From the IMG/VR virus record IMGVR_UViG_3300025018_000375, positions 1 through 32,845 of that record: a stretch of DNA of 32,845 bases. The stretch is one strand, 5' to 3'. Source of the stretch: a virus (lineage: Duplodnaviria > Caudoviricetes). The translations under genes and the position numbers were made by a program. The first letter of the stretch is position 1, and each line of letters opens with the position of its first letter. The notes below the pieces were generated by a model. That model did not search any database and was not told the origin of the DNA. It was given only the letters and a program-made list of their open reading frames with translations. Shown piece by piece: positions 16,782 to 25,504 of this stretch.

Positions 16782-18313
16782 CGCTGCTGCCCACCGCGAT
16801 CCCCGCCGTCGCGGCGCCGCCGGTGCTGTTGCCCTATCAGCAGGAGTGGCTGGCCGATCGGGCCAAGGTGAAGCTCTACGAGAAGAGCCGGCGCATCGGC
16901 ATTTCGTGGGCCGAGGCCGCCGACGATACCCTGTATGCCAGCTCCAAGGCGGGCGACGATGTGTGGTACATCGGCTATAACCTGGACATGGCCCGCGAGT
17001 TCATCAACGACTGCGCCGACTGGGCCCGTCACTACCAGTTGGCCGCGGGCGAAGTGGAAGAGACGGTGATCGAAGACGAGGGCCGCGACATTCAGACCCT
17101 GCGCATTCGTTTCCCCTCGGGCCACAAGGTGAGTGCGCTGTCTTCTCGCCCCACCAACCTACGCGGCAAGCAGGGCCGGGTGGTGATTGACGAGGCGGCC
17201 TTTCACGATGATCTCAAAGGCCTCTTGAAAGCGGCCCTGGCGCTTCTGGTGTGGGGCGGGCAGGTACGCATTATCTCCACCCACTTCGGCGACGCCAACC
17301 CGTTCAACGAGTTGGTGCAAGAGTGCCGGGCCGGCAAGAAGCCCTACAGCGTGCACCGCACCACCTTTGACGAGGCCCTAGAGCAGGGGCTGTATCAGCG
17401 GGTGTGCCTGACGCTGGGCAAGGACTACAGCGCCGCGGGTGAGGCCGCCTGGCGGGCGGAGATTCGCGACTTTTACGGGGCCGACGCGGAGGAAGAACTG
17501 GACTGCGTGCCCAGCCAGGGCACGGGGGTATGGCTGACCCGGGCGCTGATTACCGGCTGCCTGCGTGCCGAGCGCCCGGTGCTGCGGCTGGTCTGCGACG
17601 CGGAGTTTGTGCACCGCCCGCAAGGCGAGCGCGAGGGCTTTGTAGAGGCGTGGTGCGAGACCCACCTGGCGCCGCTGTTGGCCGCGCTGGATACCCGCTG
17701 GAAGAGCTACTTTGGCGAAGACTTCGGGCGCAGCGGTGACTTGACGGTATTGGTGCCGGCGCAAGAGCTGGCCAACCTGGACCTGGCCGCGCCGTTTGTC
17801 GTAGAGCTGCGCAACGTGCCCTTTGAGCAGCAGCGCCAGGTGGTCTTCTACCTTCTCGACCGGTTGCCGCGCTTTTCGGGCGCGGCCTTCGATGCCCGCG
17901 GCAACGGCCAGTACCTGGCCGAGGTGGCCATGCAGCGCTACGGCGCCGGGCGGGTGTTGCAAGTGATGCCCACCGAACCGTGGTACCGCGAGGTAACCCC
18001 CAAGGTGAAGGCCCGCTTCGAAGATCGCAGCCTCACCCTGCCCCAAGACAGCGAGCTGTTGGACGATCTGCGCGCGGTGCAGGTGGTCAAGGGCGTGGCC
18101 CGGGTGCCCGAGGCCCGCACCCAAGCCAAAAGCGGCCAGCGCCACGGCGACGCGGCGGTAGCGGTGATGATGCTGGAACATGCGGTGCAGACCTGCGCGG
18201 GAGAGATGGTGTACGACTGCCACAGCATTCGCCGGCCCGCCGATGATGCCGACGCCTTTGCCCGCACGGTGCAGGTAACCGCCGGCTTCGGCGCCCGGCA
18301 AGGAGCCCTGTAA
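16778..18313 (+). CDS. Terminase large subunit (Mu gp28-like)
   Basis: LLPYQQEW, KSRRIGISW, VVIDEAAFH, GEDFGRSGD, HGDAAVA. Confidence 0.95.
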   Translation: MTLLPTAIPAVAAPPVLLPYQQEWLADRAKVKLYEKSRRIGISWAEAADDTLYASSKAGDDVWYIGYNLDMAREFINDCADWARHYQLAAGEVEETVIEDEGRDIQTLRIRFPSGHKVSALSSRPTNLRGKQGRVVIDEAAFHDDLKGLLKAALALLVWGGQVRIISTHFGDANPFNELVQECRAGKKPYSVHRTTFDEALEQGLYQRVCLTLGKDYSAAGEAAWRAEIRDFYGADAEEELDCVPSQGTGVWLTRALITGCLRAERPVLRLVCDAEFVHRPQGEREGFVEAWCETHLAPLLAALDTRWKSYFGEDFGRSGDLTVLVPAQELANLDLAAPFVVELRNVPFEQQRQVVFYLLDRLPRFSGAAFDARGNGQYLAEVAMQRYGAGRVLQVMPTEPWYREVTPKVKARFEDRSLTLPQDSELLDDLRAVQVVKGVARVPEARTQAKSGQRHGDAAVAVMMLEHAVQTCAGEMVYDCHSIRRPADDADAFARTVQVTAGFGARQGAL

Positions 18314-18315
18314 CT

Positions 18316-19911
18316 ATGGCGACCCTGTACGACCACAACGGCCGCAAGGTAGAGCTGAAGCTCTTGCAAGACGAGCTGGCGGCGCCCTCGCTCACCGGCA
18401 TTCGCACCCTGTGGAACGAAACCGTGGCCTCGGGGCTCACCCCCGGGCGGCTGACCACGCTGCTTAGGGCTGCGGCCGACGGCGACCCCCTGGAGTACCT
18501 GACCCTGGCCGAAGAGATGGAGGAGCGCGACGCCCACTACGCCAGCGTGCTGGGCACCAGGAAACGCGCGCTCTCCGGCCTGGAGGTGCAGGTGGAGGCA
18601 ACCAGCGACGCGGCCCGCGAGGTAGAGCAGGCCGACGCGGTGCGCGCACTCACGGCCGCCCCGGCGTTTTGCTTTCTGGTGGAGGACCTGCTGGATTCCC
18701 TGGGCAAGGGCTTTTCGGTGGTGGAGCTGGTGTGGCAGCGCAGCGCCACGCGCTGGCAGCCGCGCTTCGAACACCGCGACCCGCGCTGGTTTCGCTTCGA
18801 CCGCACGACCGGGCGCGAGGTGCGCCTGCTGGATGAACGCAACGCCTTGGAGGGGGTGGAGTTGCCCCCCTACAAGTTCGTGGTGCACACCCACCGGCTA
18901 AAAAGCGGCGTGCCGATCCGCGGCGGACTGGCGTTTCTGGCGTGCTGGGCCTACCTGTTCAAGGCCTACACGGTGAAAGACTGGATGGCCTTTCTGGAAA
19001 CCTTTGGGATGCCGGTGCGGGTGGGCAAGTACGGCGACCGGGCCAGCAAGGACGACATTGCCGTGCTGGTGCGGGCGGTGGCGAACATCGGCACCGATGC
19101 CGGAGCGGTGCTGCCCGAGTCGATGCAGATCGAGTTTCCCGAAGCCGGCGGCAAGCAGGGCAGTGTGAACGTGTACGACACCATGGCGCAGTGGCTCGAC
19201 CGCCAGGTGAGCAAGGCCGTGCTGGGCCAGACCATGACCAGTGACGACGGTGCGAGCCTGGCCCAGGCAAAGGTTCACAACGACGTACGCATCGACATTT
19301 TGAAAGCCGACGCGCGGCAGGTGGCGGCGACGCTCAACCGCGACCTGGTGCGGCCCTTCATCGACCTGAACTTTGGCCCGCCGGCCGACGGCCTGTACCC
19401 CGTGCTGACCCTGCCGGTGCCGGAGCCCGAAGACATTGCCGGGCTGGTGGCGGCGCTGAAAGAGCTGGTGCCCCTGGGCCTGAAGGTAGAGGCCAGCGTG
19501 ATCCGCGACAAGCTGGGCCTGCCCGACCCGGAAGAGGGGGCGGAGCTGCTGGGGGTGGTGGTTGCCCCGGCGCAGGGGCCCGGGCCGGCGCTCAATCGGG
19601 CGGTGAATCAAGAGCACACGGACGGGCAGGGACCGGCACGGACCGGCACGGACGAGCAAGACACACCTGACGCGCTGGTGGCGCGGCTGGAAGCCGAAAC
19701 GGCGCCGGAGATCGCGGGCATGGTGGAGACGATTCGGCAGTGGGCCGAGGAAGCAGACAGCCTGCAGGCGCTGCGTGACCGGCTGCTGGCGGCCTATGGG
19801 GACCTGCCCGCGCCCAGCCTGGCGGGGGTGATGGGCACGGCCTTTGCGGCGGCGGCCGCCGCGGGGATCTATGCCGAGGCGGTGGAGAGTGGGGCAACCG
19901 ATGCCGCCTGA
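18316..19911 (+). CDS. Portal protein (Mu gp29, DUF935)
   Basis: EEMEERDAH, FGMPVRVGKY, SKAVLGQTMT, AKVHNDVR. Confidence 0.95.
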   Translation: MATLYDHNGRKVELKLLQDELAAPSLTGIRTLWNETVASGLTPGRLTTLLRAAADGDPLEYLTLAEEMEERDAHYASVLGTRKRALSGLEVQVEATSDAAREVEQADAVRALTAAPAFCFLVEDLLDSLGKGFSVVELVWQRSATRWQPRFEHRDPRWFRFDRTTGREVRLLDERNALEGVELPPYKFVVHTHRLKSGVPIRGGLAFLACWAYLFKAYTVKDWMAFLETFGMPVRVGKYGDRASKDDIAVLVRAVANIGTDAGAVLPESMQIEFPEAGGKQGSVNVYDTMAQWLDRQVSKAVLGQTMTSDDGASLAQAKVHNDVRIDILKADARQVAATLNRDLVRPFIDLNFGPPADGLYPVLTLPVPEPEDIAGLVAALKELVPLGLKVEASVIRDKLGLPDPEEGAELLGVVVAPAQGPGPALNRAVNQEHTDGQGPARTGTDEQDTPDALVARLEAETAPEIAGMVETIRQWAEEADSLQALRDRLLAAYGDLPAPSLAGVMGTAFAAAAAAGIYAEAVESGATDAA

Positions 19912-21028
19912 TGCCGTGGTGCGGCTGCCCTTTGCCGAGCAGATCGCGTTTTTTCGCGGCAAGCTCGGAAACCTGATCCCCACCGAGACCTGGCGCGAGG
20001 TGCTGCGTGCGGGGCACGACCGGGGCTTTATGGTGGCCGGCGCAGCCAAGGCCGACCTGTTGGCAGACCTGGCGGGCGCGGTAGATCGGGTGACCGCCGA
20101 GGGCAAGTCGATTGCCTGGTTCCGCCAAGAGTTCGACTCTGTGGTGGGGGCGCACGGGTGGGCCTACCGGGGCGAACGCAATTGGCGCACCCGGGTCATT
20201 TATCAGACCAACCTATCGACCAGCTACGCCGCGGGGCGCCTGGCCCAACTGCGCGACCCGGAGCTGCAAAAACTCAAACCCTACTGGATGTATCGCCACT
20301 CCGACAGCGTGACACGGCCGCGGCCGCTGCATGTGTCGTGGGATGGGTTGGTGTTGCCGGCGGATCACCCGTGGTGGCAGACCCATTACCCGCCCAACGG
20401 CTGGGGCTGTAAGTGCCGGGTGGTGGCGGTGTCGCGCGAGGAAGCGCTGCGCCAAGGCGGCCGCATCGAAGACCCGCCAGACGACGGAATAGACGCCAAA
20501 ACGGGGGCGCCGGCCGGCATCGACGAGGGTTGGGATTACATGCCGGGGCATACGCGCACGGCCGATGTGCAAGAGACGGTGGCGGCAAAGCTCGACCGCT
20601 ACCCGCCGAAGCTGGCGGTCAGTGTGGTGAGGGGCATGGCACGGGAAGGCGCGGTGGCGCGCTGGCTGGCGCACCCAGAGGGCGAGTATCCGCTGGCGGT
20701 GCTGCCCGACGCCGACCTGCCGAAGATCGGTGCACAAAGCCGGGTGGTGCGGCTCTCTCCGCAGACGCTGGAAAAACAGGCGGACCACCACCCCGAGCTG
20801 ACGGCGGAAGACTACGCCTTGGCGCAGGAGGCCATTAGCGGCGGGCGCGCGCTGCAAAGCGGGGATAAGAGCTTGGTGTATGTGTGGGAAGACGGCGCCC
20901 TGGTGACGGTGGTGAAGGCGACGGCCGCGGGCGACGCCACCTATTTGACCAGTCTGCGCCGGCTCTCGCGCGATGCTGCCAGGCAGGACAAAGAAATCCG
21001 CCGGTTGGAGAGAAGGGGCAAAAAATGA
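19901..21028 (+). CDS. MuF (gp30) head morphogenesis protein with C-terminal PBECR-like nuclease domain
   Basis: IYQTNLSTSYAAGR, RPRPLH, YPPNGWGCKCRV; C-terminal HHPELTAEDY...VVKAT...YLTSLRR. Confidence 0.9.
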   Translation: MPPDAVVRLPFAEQIAFFRGKLGNLIPTETWREVLRAGHDRGFMVAGAAKADLLADLAGAVDRVTAEGKSIAWFRQEFDSVVGAHGWAYRGERNWRTRVIYQTNLSTSYAAGRLAQLRDPELQKLKPYWMYRHSDSVTRPRPLHVSWDGLVLPADHPWWQTHYPPNGWGCKCRVVAVSREEALRQGGRIEDPPDDGIDAKTGAPAGIDEGWDYMPGHTRTADVQETVAAKLDRYPPKLAVSVVRGMAREGAVARWLAHPEGEYPLAVLPDADLPKIGAQSRVVRLSPQTLEKQADHHPELTAEDYALAQEAISGGRALQSGDKSLVYVWEDGALVTVVKATAAGDATYLTSLRRLSRDAARQDKEIRRLERRGKK

Positions 21029-21029
21029 A

Positions 21030-21136
21030 GCGAACGGTGGGGCCTCCCGCCCGGCGTGTTGCCGGCAACCCCACATGGCGCTCCCGCTGTGGTCAGCGGT
21101 GCTACGGCCGGGAGAATGTCACCGTGTCGCGTTCGC
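21030..21136 (+). ncRNA. Candidate pseudoknotted structured RNA
   Basis: Six complementary segment pairs in 107 nt of non-coding DNA; see findings. Confidence 0.5.
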
Positions 21137-21164
21137 CTCGACGGCAAGGGTAGCAGGAGAGTCC

Positions 21165-21722
21165 ATGGCCGTCAAAGTGGTGGTGGAGATAGCCGACCGC
21201 CAGGTGCTGGCCGTGTTGCAGCGGCTGGCTGACGTGGGCCACAACCTGGGGGGGGCGCTGCGGGCCATTGGCGAGAACCTGGTAGAGAGCACCAAACGCC
21301 GCTTCGAGACCTCGACCGGCCCCGACGGGGAACCCTGGGCACCCAATACCCAAACCACCTACGAGATGTATCTGGGGGCGTTCAAGAGCAGCACGACCAA
21401 GAAGGGGCGGTTATCGAAGGCAGGTGCGAGCCGGGCTGCGGGAAAAAAGCCACTGATTGGTGAAACCCAAAGCCTGATGAGCGAGATCGTCTATTTGGTA
21501 TCTGGAGACGAACTCATCGTGGGCAGCCCCATGGAATACGCGACCACGCACCAGTTTGGCGCTGCCGAGGGCGAGTTCGGCAGCGACCGGCACGGCCGGC
21601 CGATTCCCTGGGGCGACATCCCCGCGCGGCCGTTTTTGGGCCTCGATGATGAAGATCGGCGCATGGTGCTCGATGTGTTGTCCCAGGCAATCGAGCAGGT
21701 GGTGGAGCGGGCGAACGCCTAG
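21165..21722 (+). CDS. Virion morphogenesis protein (Mu gpG-like)
   Basis: RFETSTGPDGEPWAP, YATTHQFG, IPARPFLG; AGGAGA RBS. Confidence 0.9.
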   Translation: MAVKVVVEIADRQVLAVLQRLADVGHNLGGALRAIGENLVESTKRRFETSTGPDGEPWAPNTQTTYEMYLGAFKSSTTKKGRLSKAGASRAAGKKPLIGETQSLMSEIVYLVSGDELIVGSPMEYATTHQFGAAEGEFGSDRHGRPIPWGDIPARPFLGLDDEDRRMVLDVLSQAIEQVVERANA

Positions 21723-21833
21723 AAGCCCCCAGCGGGCTCGTTGGCTGCCGGGGTGTGCCATGGGTGGGGCCAGGGGCACAAAACGCAGGCAGCGGCCTCT
21801 TGACACTGTCTTGACACCTGTCAGGGCGCCGCT

Positions 21834-21880
21834 GGTGAACGAGGTCACCCGTGTTTGGGCCAAAAGGCCTACGGTAGGCT
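21834..21880 (+). promoter_or_regulatory. Putative Mor/C-activated late promoter upstream of protease gene (Mu PI position)
   Basis: GGTGA-ACGAGG-TCACC-N25-TAGGCT. Confidence 0.7.
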
Positions 21881-21912
21881 ACGGCGAAGCGATCGAAAGG
21901 CGAAAGGAACGC

Positions 21913-22854
21913 ATGCAGAGCCACCGAGTTGCCCTAAACGTAGAACTGGCCGCAGGCGAGGCGCCCGAGTGGGTGGAGCTGATCCCCGCCGGGCCGCGCG
22001 TGGTGGGGCGCGACGGCCGCGCATGGCTGCACGACCGGCCCCAGTCGATTGTGGACGCCTTCACTGCCCGCAACACGCCGTTGCCGCTCGACTGGGAGCA
22101 CGCCACCGAGCACAAGGCGCCCAGAGGCGAAGCGGCCCCGGCCGCCGGCTGGATCGAAGAGCTCGAAGCCCGCGACGGCGGTGCCATTTGGGGGCGGGTG
22201 GCGTGGACGCCCCGCGGCGCCAGCATGGTGGCGAACCGCGAGTATCGGTTCCTCTCCCCCGTGTTCGGCTACGAGCCGGCGACCACCCGCATTCGCTACC
22301 TGGCCTCGGCCGGGCTGACCAACACCCCCAATCTGCACCTGACCGCCCTCAACCGAGAGGAGATTCCGCCCATGAAACGAGTCCTGACCCGCCTCGGCCT
22401 GGCCGAAACGGCCACCGAAGAAGACGCCCTGGCCGCGGTGGAGCGCCTGACCGCCGACCTGGCCACGGCCGCGAACCGCGCAGCCACCCCGGAGCTGGCG
22501 AAGTTTGTGCCGCGCGCCGACTACGACGCCCTGTTGGCCCGGGCAACCAACGCCGAGCAGACCCTGGCCGAGCAGGCCGCGGCGGCCCGCGAGGCCGAGA
22601 TCGAGACGGCGGTGAATGCGGCGGTGGAGGCGGGCAAGGTGAGCCCGGCCACGGCCGACCACTACCGCGCCATTTGCCGCACCGAGGACGGCATGGAGCA
22701 GTTTACCGCGCTGGTGGAGAAGCTGCCGGTGATCGGCGAGGCCACGGCACTGAACGCCCGCGCCCCCGAGGGCGCGACGGCGAGCAGTGCAGCACTGGAA
22801 CTGGGACGCGTCTTCGGCAACAGCGCCGAAGACCTCAAGCACTACGGAGGCTAA
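21913..22854 (+). CDS. Prohead protease/scaffold (Mu gpI-like)
   Basis: WVELIPAG, LDWEH, APAAGWI, EYRFLSPVF, AGLTNTPNL; AAGGA RBS. Confidence 0.92.
   Translation: MQSHRVALNVELAAGEAPEWVELIPAGPRVVGRDGRAWLHDRPQSIVDAFTARNTPLPLDWEHATEHKAPRGEAAPAAGWIEELEARDGGAIWGRVAWTPRGASMVANREYRFLSPVFGYEPATTRIRYLASAGLTNTPNLHLTALNREEIPPMKRVLTRLGLAETATEEDALAAVERLTADLATAANRAATPELAKFVPRADYDALLARATNAEQTLAEQAAAAREAEIETAVNAAVEAGKVSPATADHYRAICRTEDGMEQFTALVEKLPVIGEATALNARAPEGATASSAALELGRVFGNSAEDLKHYGG
22372..22854 (+). CDS. Nested scaffolding protein (Mu gpZ-like)
   Basis: In-frame ATG preceded by GAGAGGAG right after the protease domain. Confidence 0.6.
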   Translation: MKRVLTRLGLAETATEEDALAAVERLTADLATAANRAATPELAKFVPRADYDALLARATNAEQTLAEQAAAAREAEIETAVNAAVEAGKVSPATADHYRAICRTEDGMEQFTALVEKLPVIGEATALNARAPEGATASSAALELGRVFGNSAEDLKHYGG

Positions 22855-22857
22855 ACC

Positions 22858-23277
22858 ATGGCGGCACTGGAACAAGACCGCGGCACGCAGCGCCGCGACG
22901 GCATTACCCGGCCCTACAAGGTGGTGGCCGACGATTGCATCTACGGCGGCAGCCTGGTGGCGGTGAACGCGGCCGGCTACGCCAACCCCGGTGCGGACAC
23001 CGCGGGCCTCATCTTTGTGGGCGTGGCCGAAGAGCGCGCCGACAACAGCGGCGGGGCGGCGGGGGCGATCGAGGTGAACGTGCGGCGCCGGGGCGAGTTT
23101 TTGTTCGCCAGCGCCAGCGCGCTGACCATCGCCAACGTGGGCGACAGCGTGGTGCTCTCCGACGACCAGACCGTGGCGCTGGCGGCGGACGCAATCAACG
23201 ACATCGCCTGCGGCAAAATCACTGAAGTGCCCAGCGCCAGCACCTGCTGGGTTTCCATCGACGGAGCCGTGGGCTAA
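22858..23277 (+). CDS. Capsid cement/decoration protein
   Basis: IYGGSLVAVNAAGYA, GVAEERADNSGGAAG; between protease and capsid genes. Confidence 0.7.
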   Translation: MAALEQDRGTQRRDGITRPYKVVADDCIYGGSLVAVNAAGYANPGADTAGLIFVGVAEERADNSGGAAGAIEVNVRRRGEFLFASASALTIANVGDSVVLSDDQTVALAADAINDIACGKITEVPSASTCWVSIDGAVG

Positions 23278-23304
23278 GGCCCCAGGGCACAAGGAGAGCG
23301 ACCC

Positions 23305-24210
23305 ATGATCGTCAATGCAGCGAATATCAGCGCGGTGTTCACCAACCTGCGCACCACCTTCAACAAGGCGTTCGAGGGCCTGCCGGCGCAGTGGGAGAAG
23401 GTGGCCATGCTGGTGCCTTCGACGGCCCTTACCGAGGACTACGCCTGGCTGGATGACTTTCCCATGATGCGCGAGTGGGTGGGTGACAAGGTGGTGAAGG
23501 CGCTCCGCGCCAGCAACTACACCCTGAAGAACAAGGAGTTCGAGGCCACCATCGGCGTGAAGCGGGTGGATATCGAGACCGACCGCGTGGGCATCTACGC
23601 GCCCCGTGCCCAAGACATTTCCTGGGCGTCGCGGGCCTGGCCCGATCGGCTGTTGGCGGTGCTGCAGAACGGCGCGTTCGCCGGGGTGTGCTACGACGGC
23701 CAGTACTTCTACGACAGCGACCACCCGGTGGGTAGCGCTACCCAGAGCAACGTGGGCACGGCGGCCCTTTCGGCGGCTACCACGGCTTTGGCGCTGGCGA
23801 GCTACGGGGCGGGGCGGCTCTCCATTCAAGGCCGGGTGAACGCCGAGGGCGAGAACCTGGACCTGGATCCCGACGTGTTGGAAGTGCCCCCGGCCCTGGA
23901 GGCCACGGGGCGGATTCTGTTGGAGAGCGACAAGCTCACCGACCAGAGCCCCAACCCCTACAAGGGCACGGCCACGCTGAAGGTAAACCGGCGGCTCACC
24001 AGCTCGACCGCGTGGTTTCTGCACTGCGCCAACCGGCCGATCAAGCCCTACGTGTTCCAACAGCGCAAGGCGCCGCAGTTCGTGAGCCAAACCGACATGA
24101 ACGCCACCGACGTGTTCATGCGCGGCGAGTACAAGTACGGAGTGGAAGCGAGCGGCAACGTGGGCTACGGCCTGTGGCAGCTCTCCTTCGGGTCCACCGG
24201 CGCCGGCTGA
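23305..24210 (+). CDS. Major capsid protein (Mu gpT family)
   Basis: YAWLDDFPMMREWVGD, NKEFEATIGV, CYDGQYFYDSDHPV, GYGLWQL. Confidence 0.95.
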   Translation: MIVNAANISAVFTNLRTTFNKAFEGLPAQWEKVAMLVPSTALTEDYAWLDDFPMMREWVGDKVVKALRASNYTLKNKEFEATIGVKRVDIETDRVGIYAPRAQDISWASRAWPDRLLAVLQNGAFAGVCYDGQYFYDSDHPVGSATQSNVGTAALSAATTALALASYGAGRLSIQGRVNAEGENLDLDPDVLEVPPALEATGRILLESDKLTDQSPNPYKGTATLKVNRRLTSSTAWFLHCANRPIKPYVFQQRKAPQFVSQTDMNATDVFMRGEYKYGVEASGNVGYGLWQLSFGSTGAG

Positions 24211-24216
24211 GTCTAA

Positions 24217-24284
24217 CGCCGAGGCGAAACCCGGGGGCGAGCCCCCGGGTCACCCAGGCCGCGGCGCCCTGGGTCTGATGAGCC
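24217..24284 (+). ncRNA. Type II hammerhead ribozyme
   Basis: GGC-GAAA-stem III-GTC-stem I-CTGATGA-GCC with all core nucleotides; predicted cut after C24251. Confidence 0.85.
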
Positions 24285-24294
24285 GGCCGGTAAA

Positions 24295-24329
24295 CGTGAG
24301 ACGTGAGAGGTGAGACGTGAGAGGTGAGG
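24295..24329 (+). repeat. Heptamer tandem repeat (C/G)GTGAGA x5
   Basis: Read directly; last unit GGTGAGG includes the RBS. Confidence 0.9.
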
Positions 24330-24331
24330 GC

Positions 24332-24535
24332 ATGGTCACCATTACGGCGAAGCCGGCGGGCGGGTTCTGGCGCTGCGGGGTGTTTCACCCGGCGCAGCCG
24401 GTGCTACACCCGGCGGGGCGGTTCACGGCGGGACAGTGGGCGCAGCTCAAGGCCGAACCCTTGCTGGAAGTTCAAGAGCAATTGGACGAGCACGAACCCA
24501 AACCCACAACCCGCAAGCGCAGGGCCAAGGGGTAA
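24332..24535 (+). CDS. HI1506-related small head protein
   Basis: GFWRCGVFHP...QLKAEPLLEV; follows capsid gene. Confidence 0.7.
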   Translation: MVTITAKPAGGFWRCGVFHPAQPVLHPAGRFTAGQWAQLKAEPLLEVQEQLDEHEPKPTTRKRRAKG

Positions 24536-24538
24536 GGC

Positions 24539-24967
24539 GTGGGCGTGTATGTAACGGTGGCCGAGCTGGCGCGGGGGTTGCCGGCGGACTGGGCCGAGCA
24601 GCTTACCGACGACCTGGGGGCGGGGGCGGCGGATACCGACCTCTTGGAAGGGGCGATTGCCGACGCCGAGGCCGAGGTGGACGCCCATGTGGGGCGGGTG
24701 CTGCCGCTGCCGCTCTCGACGGTGCCGCGGTTTTTGGGGCTGTTGGCCCTGGATATCGCCGTGTATCGCGTGTTCGGCCGCCGGCAGATTGCCGACGAGG
24801 CGGTGGATGCGCGCTACAAGGCGGCGGTGCGCAGCCTGGAAAAGCTGGCCCGGGGCGAGGTGAGTCTGGGCCTCTCCGCGGCGGCGCCGGAGAGTGTGGC
24901 GGGTGCGCAGACGGTGGCGCCCGGTTCGAGCCGGGTGTTTACCCGCGAGACACTGCGGGGCATGTAG
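24539..24967 (+). CDS. Head-tail connector (Mu gp36, DUF1320)
   Basis: AIADAEAEVDAHV, LPL, DIAVYR, RYKAAVRSLE, FTRETL. Confidence 0.9.
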   Translation: MGVYVTVAELARGLPADWAEQLTDDLGAGAADTDLLEGAIADAEAEVDAHVGRVLPLPLSTVPRFLGLLALDIAVYRVFGRRQIADEAVDARYKAAVRSLEKLARGEVSLGLSAAAPESVAGAQTVAPGSSRVFTRETLRGM

Positions 24968-25504
24968 ATGCTGCTGACCGCCGAGCCCCTCTTGGTTGCT
25001 CGCCTGACGGAGAAGTTACCCGGGGTGGCGGTGCTCTCGGCGGCGGACCTCGCCGGGGTGACCCAGGCGCGGCAGGTGACCCCGGCGGTGCATGTGCTGT
25101 GGGCGGGGTATCGGCCCGGGGCCATGGGCGGGGTAGACGCAGAGCTGACCCAGGAGTTGACCGAAAACTGGCTCATTGCGGTGGCCTGTCGCAACCTGCG
25201 CAGCCCCAAGACGGGGGAGCACGCGCGCAGCGAAGCGGCGCCGCTGGTGGCTGCGGTGATCGAGGCGCTGTTGGGCTGGCAGCCGACGGCGCTGCACCGG
25301 GCGCTGCACCTGGCGGCGGCCCCGGGGCCGCGCTTCGAGGCGGGTTTCGGCACCTACCCCCTGCTGTTCACTACGCGGTTCTTTGTGCAGGCGCTGGAAG
25401 AGGCCGAGGCCACGAACCCGCTGCCCCACGAGGTGTGGGCGGGGCTCTCGCCGGACATCGGCACGGCCCACGAGGACGACTATGTGGAGGTGACGGGTGT
25501 GTGA
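24968..25504 (+). CDS. Tail terminator (Mu gp37-like)
   Basis: TPAVHVLWAG, ALLGWQP, YPLLF; follows gp36. Confidence 0.8.
   Translation: MLLTAEPLLVARLTEKLPGVAVLSAADLAGVTQARQVTPAVHVLWAGYRPGAMGGVDAELTQELTENWLIAVACRNLRSPKTGEHARSEAAPLVAAVIEALLGWQPTALHRALHLAAAPGPRFEAGFGTYPLLFTTRFFVQALEEAEATNPLPHEVWAGLSPDIGTAHEDDYVEVTGV

Noticed and set aside
21030-21136. HDV-like ribozyme interpretation of the pseudoknot
   Set aside because: Stem order is similar, but the 3-bp P3/L3, P1.1 and first G-U pair are not matched
20973-21164. Upstream extension of gene G or an immunity ORF after MuF
   Set aside because: G has a clear RBS-ATG at 21165; the upstream frame is not protein-like and overlaps the structured element
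21474-21480. CTGATGA near a GAAAC
   Set aside because: Inside gene G; stems I and III cannot form
21934-24090. 718-aa minus-strand ORF
   Set aside because: Antisense to protease, cement and capsid genes
24229-24250. Intrinsic terminator after the capsid gene
   Set aside because: No U-tract; better explained as hammerhead stem III
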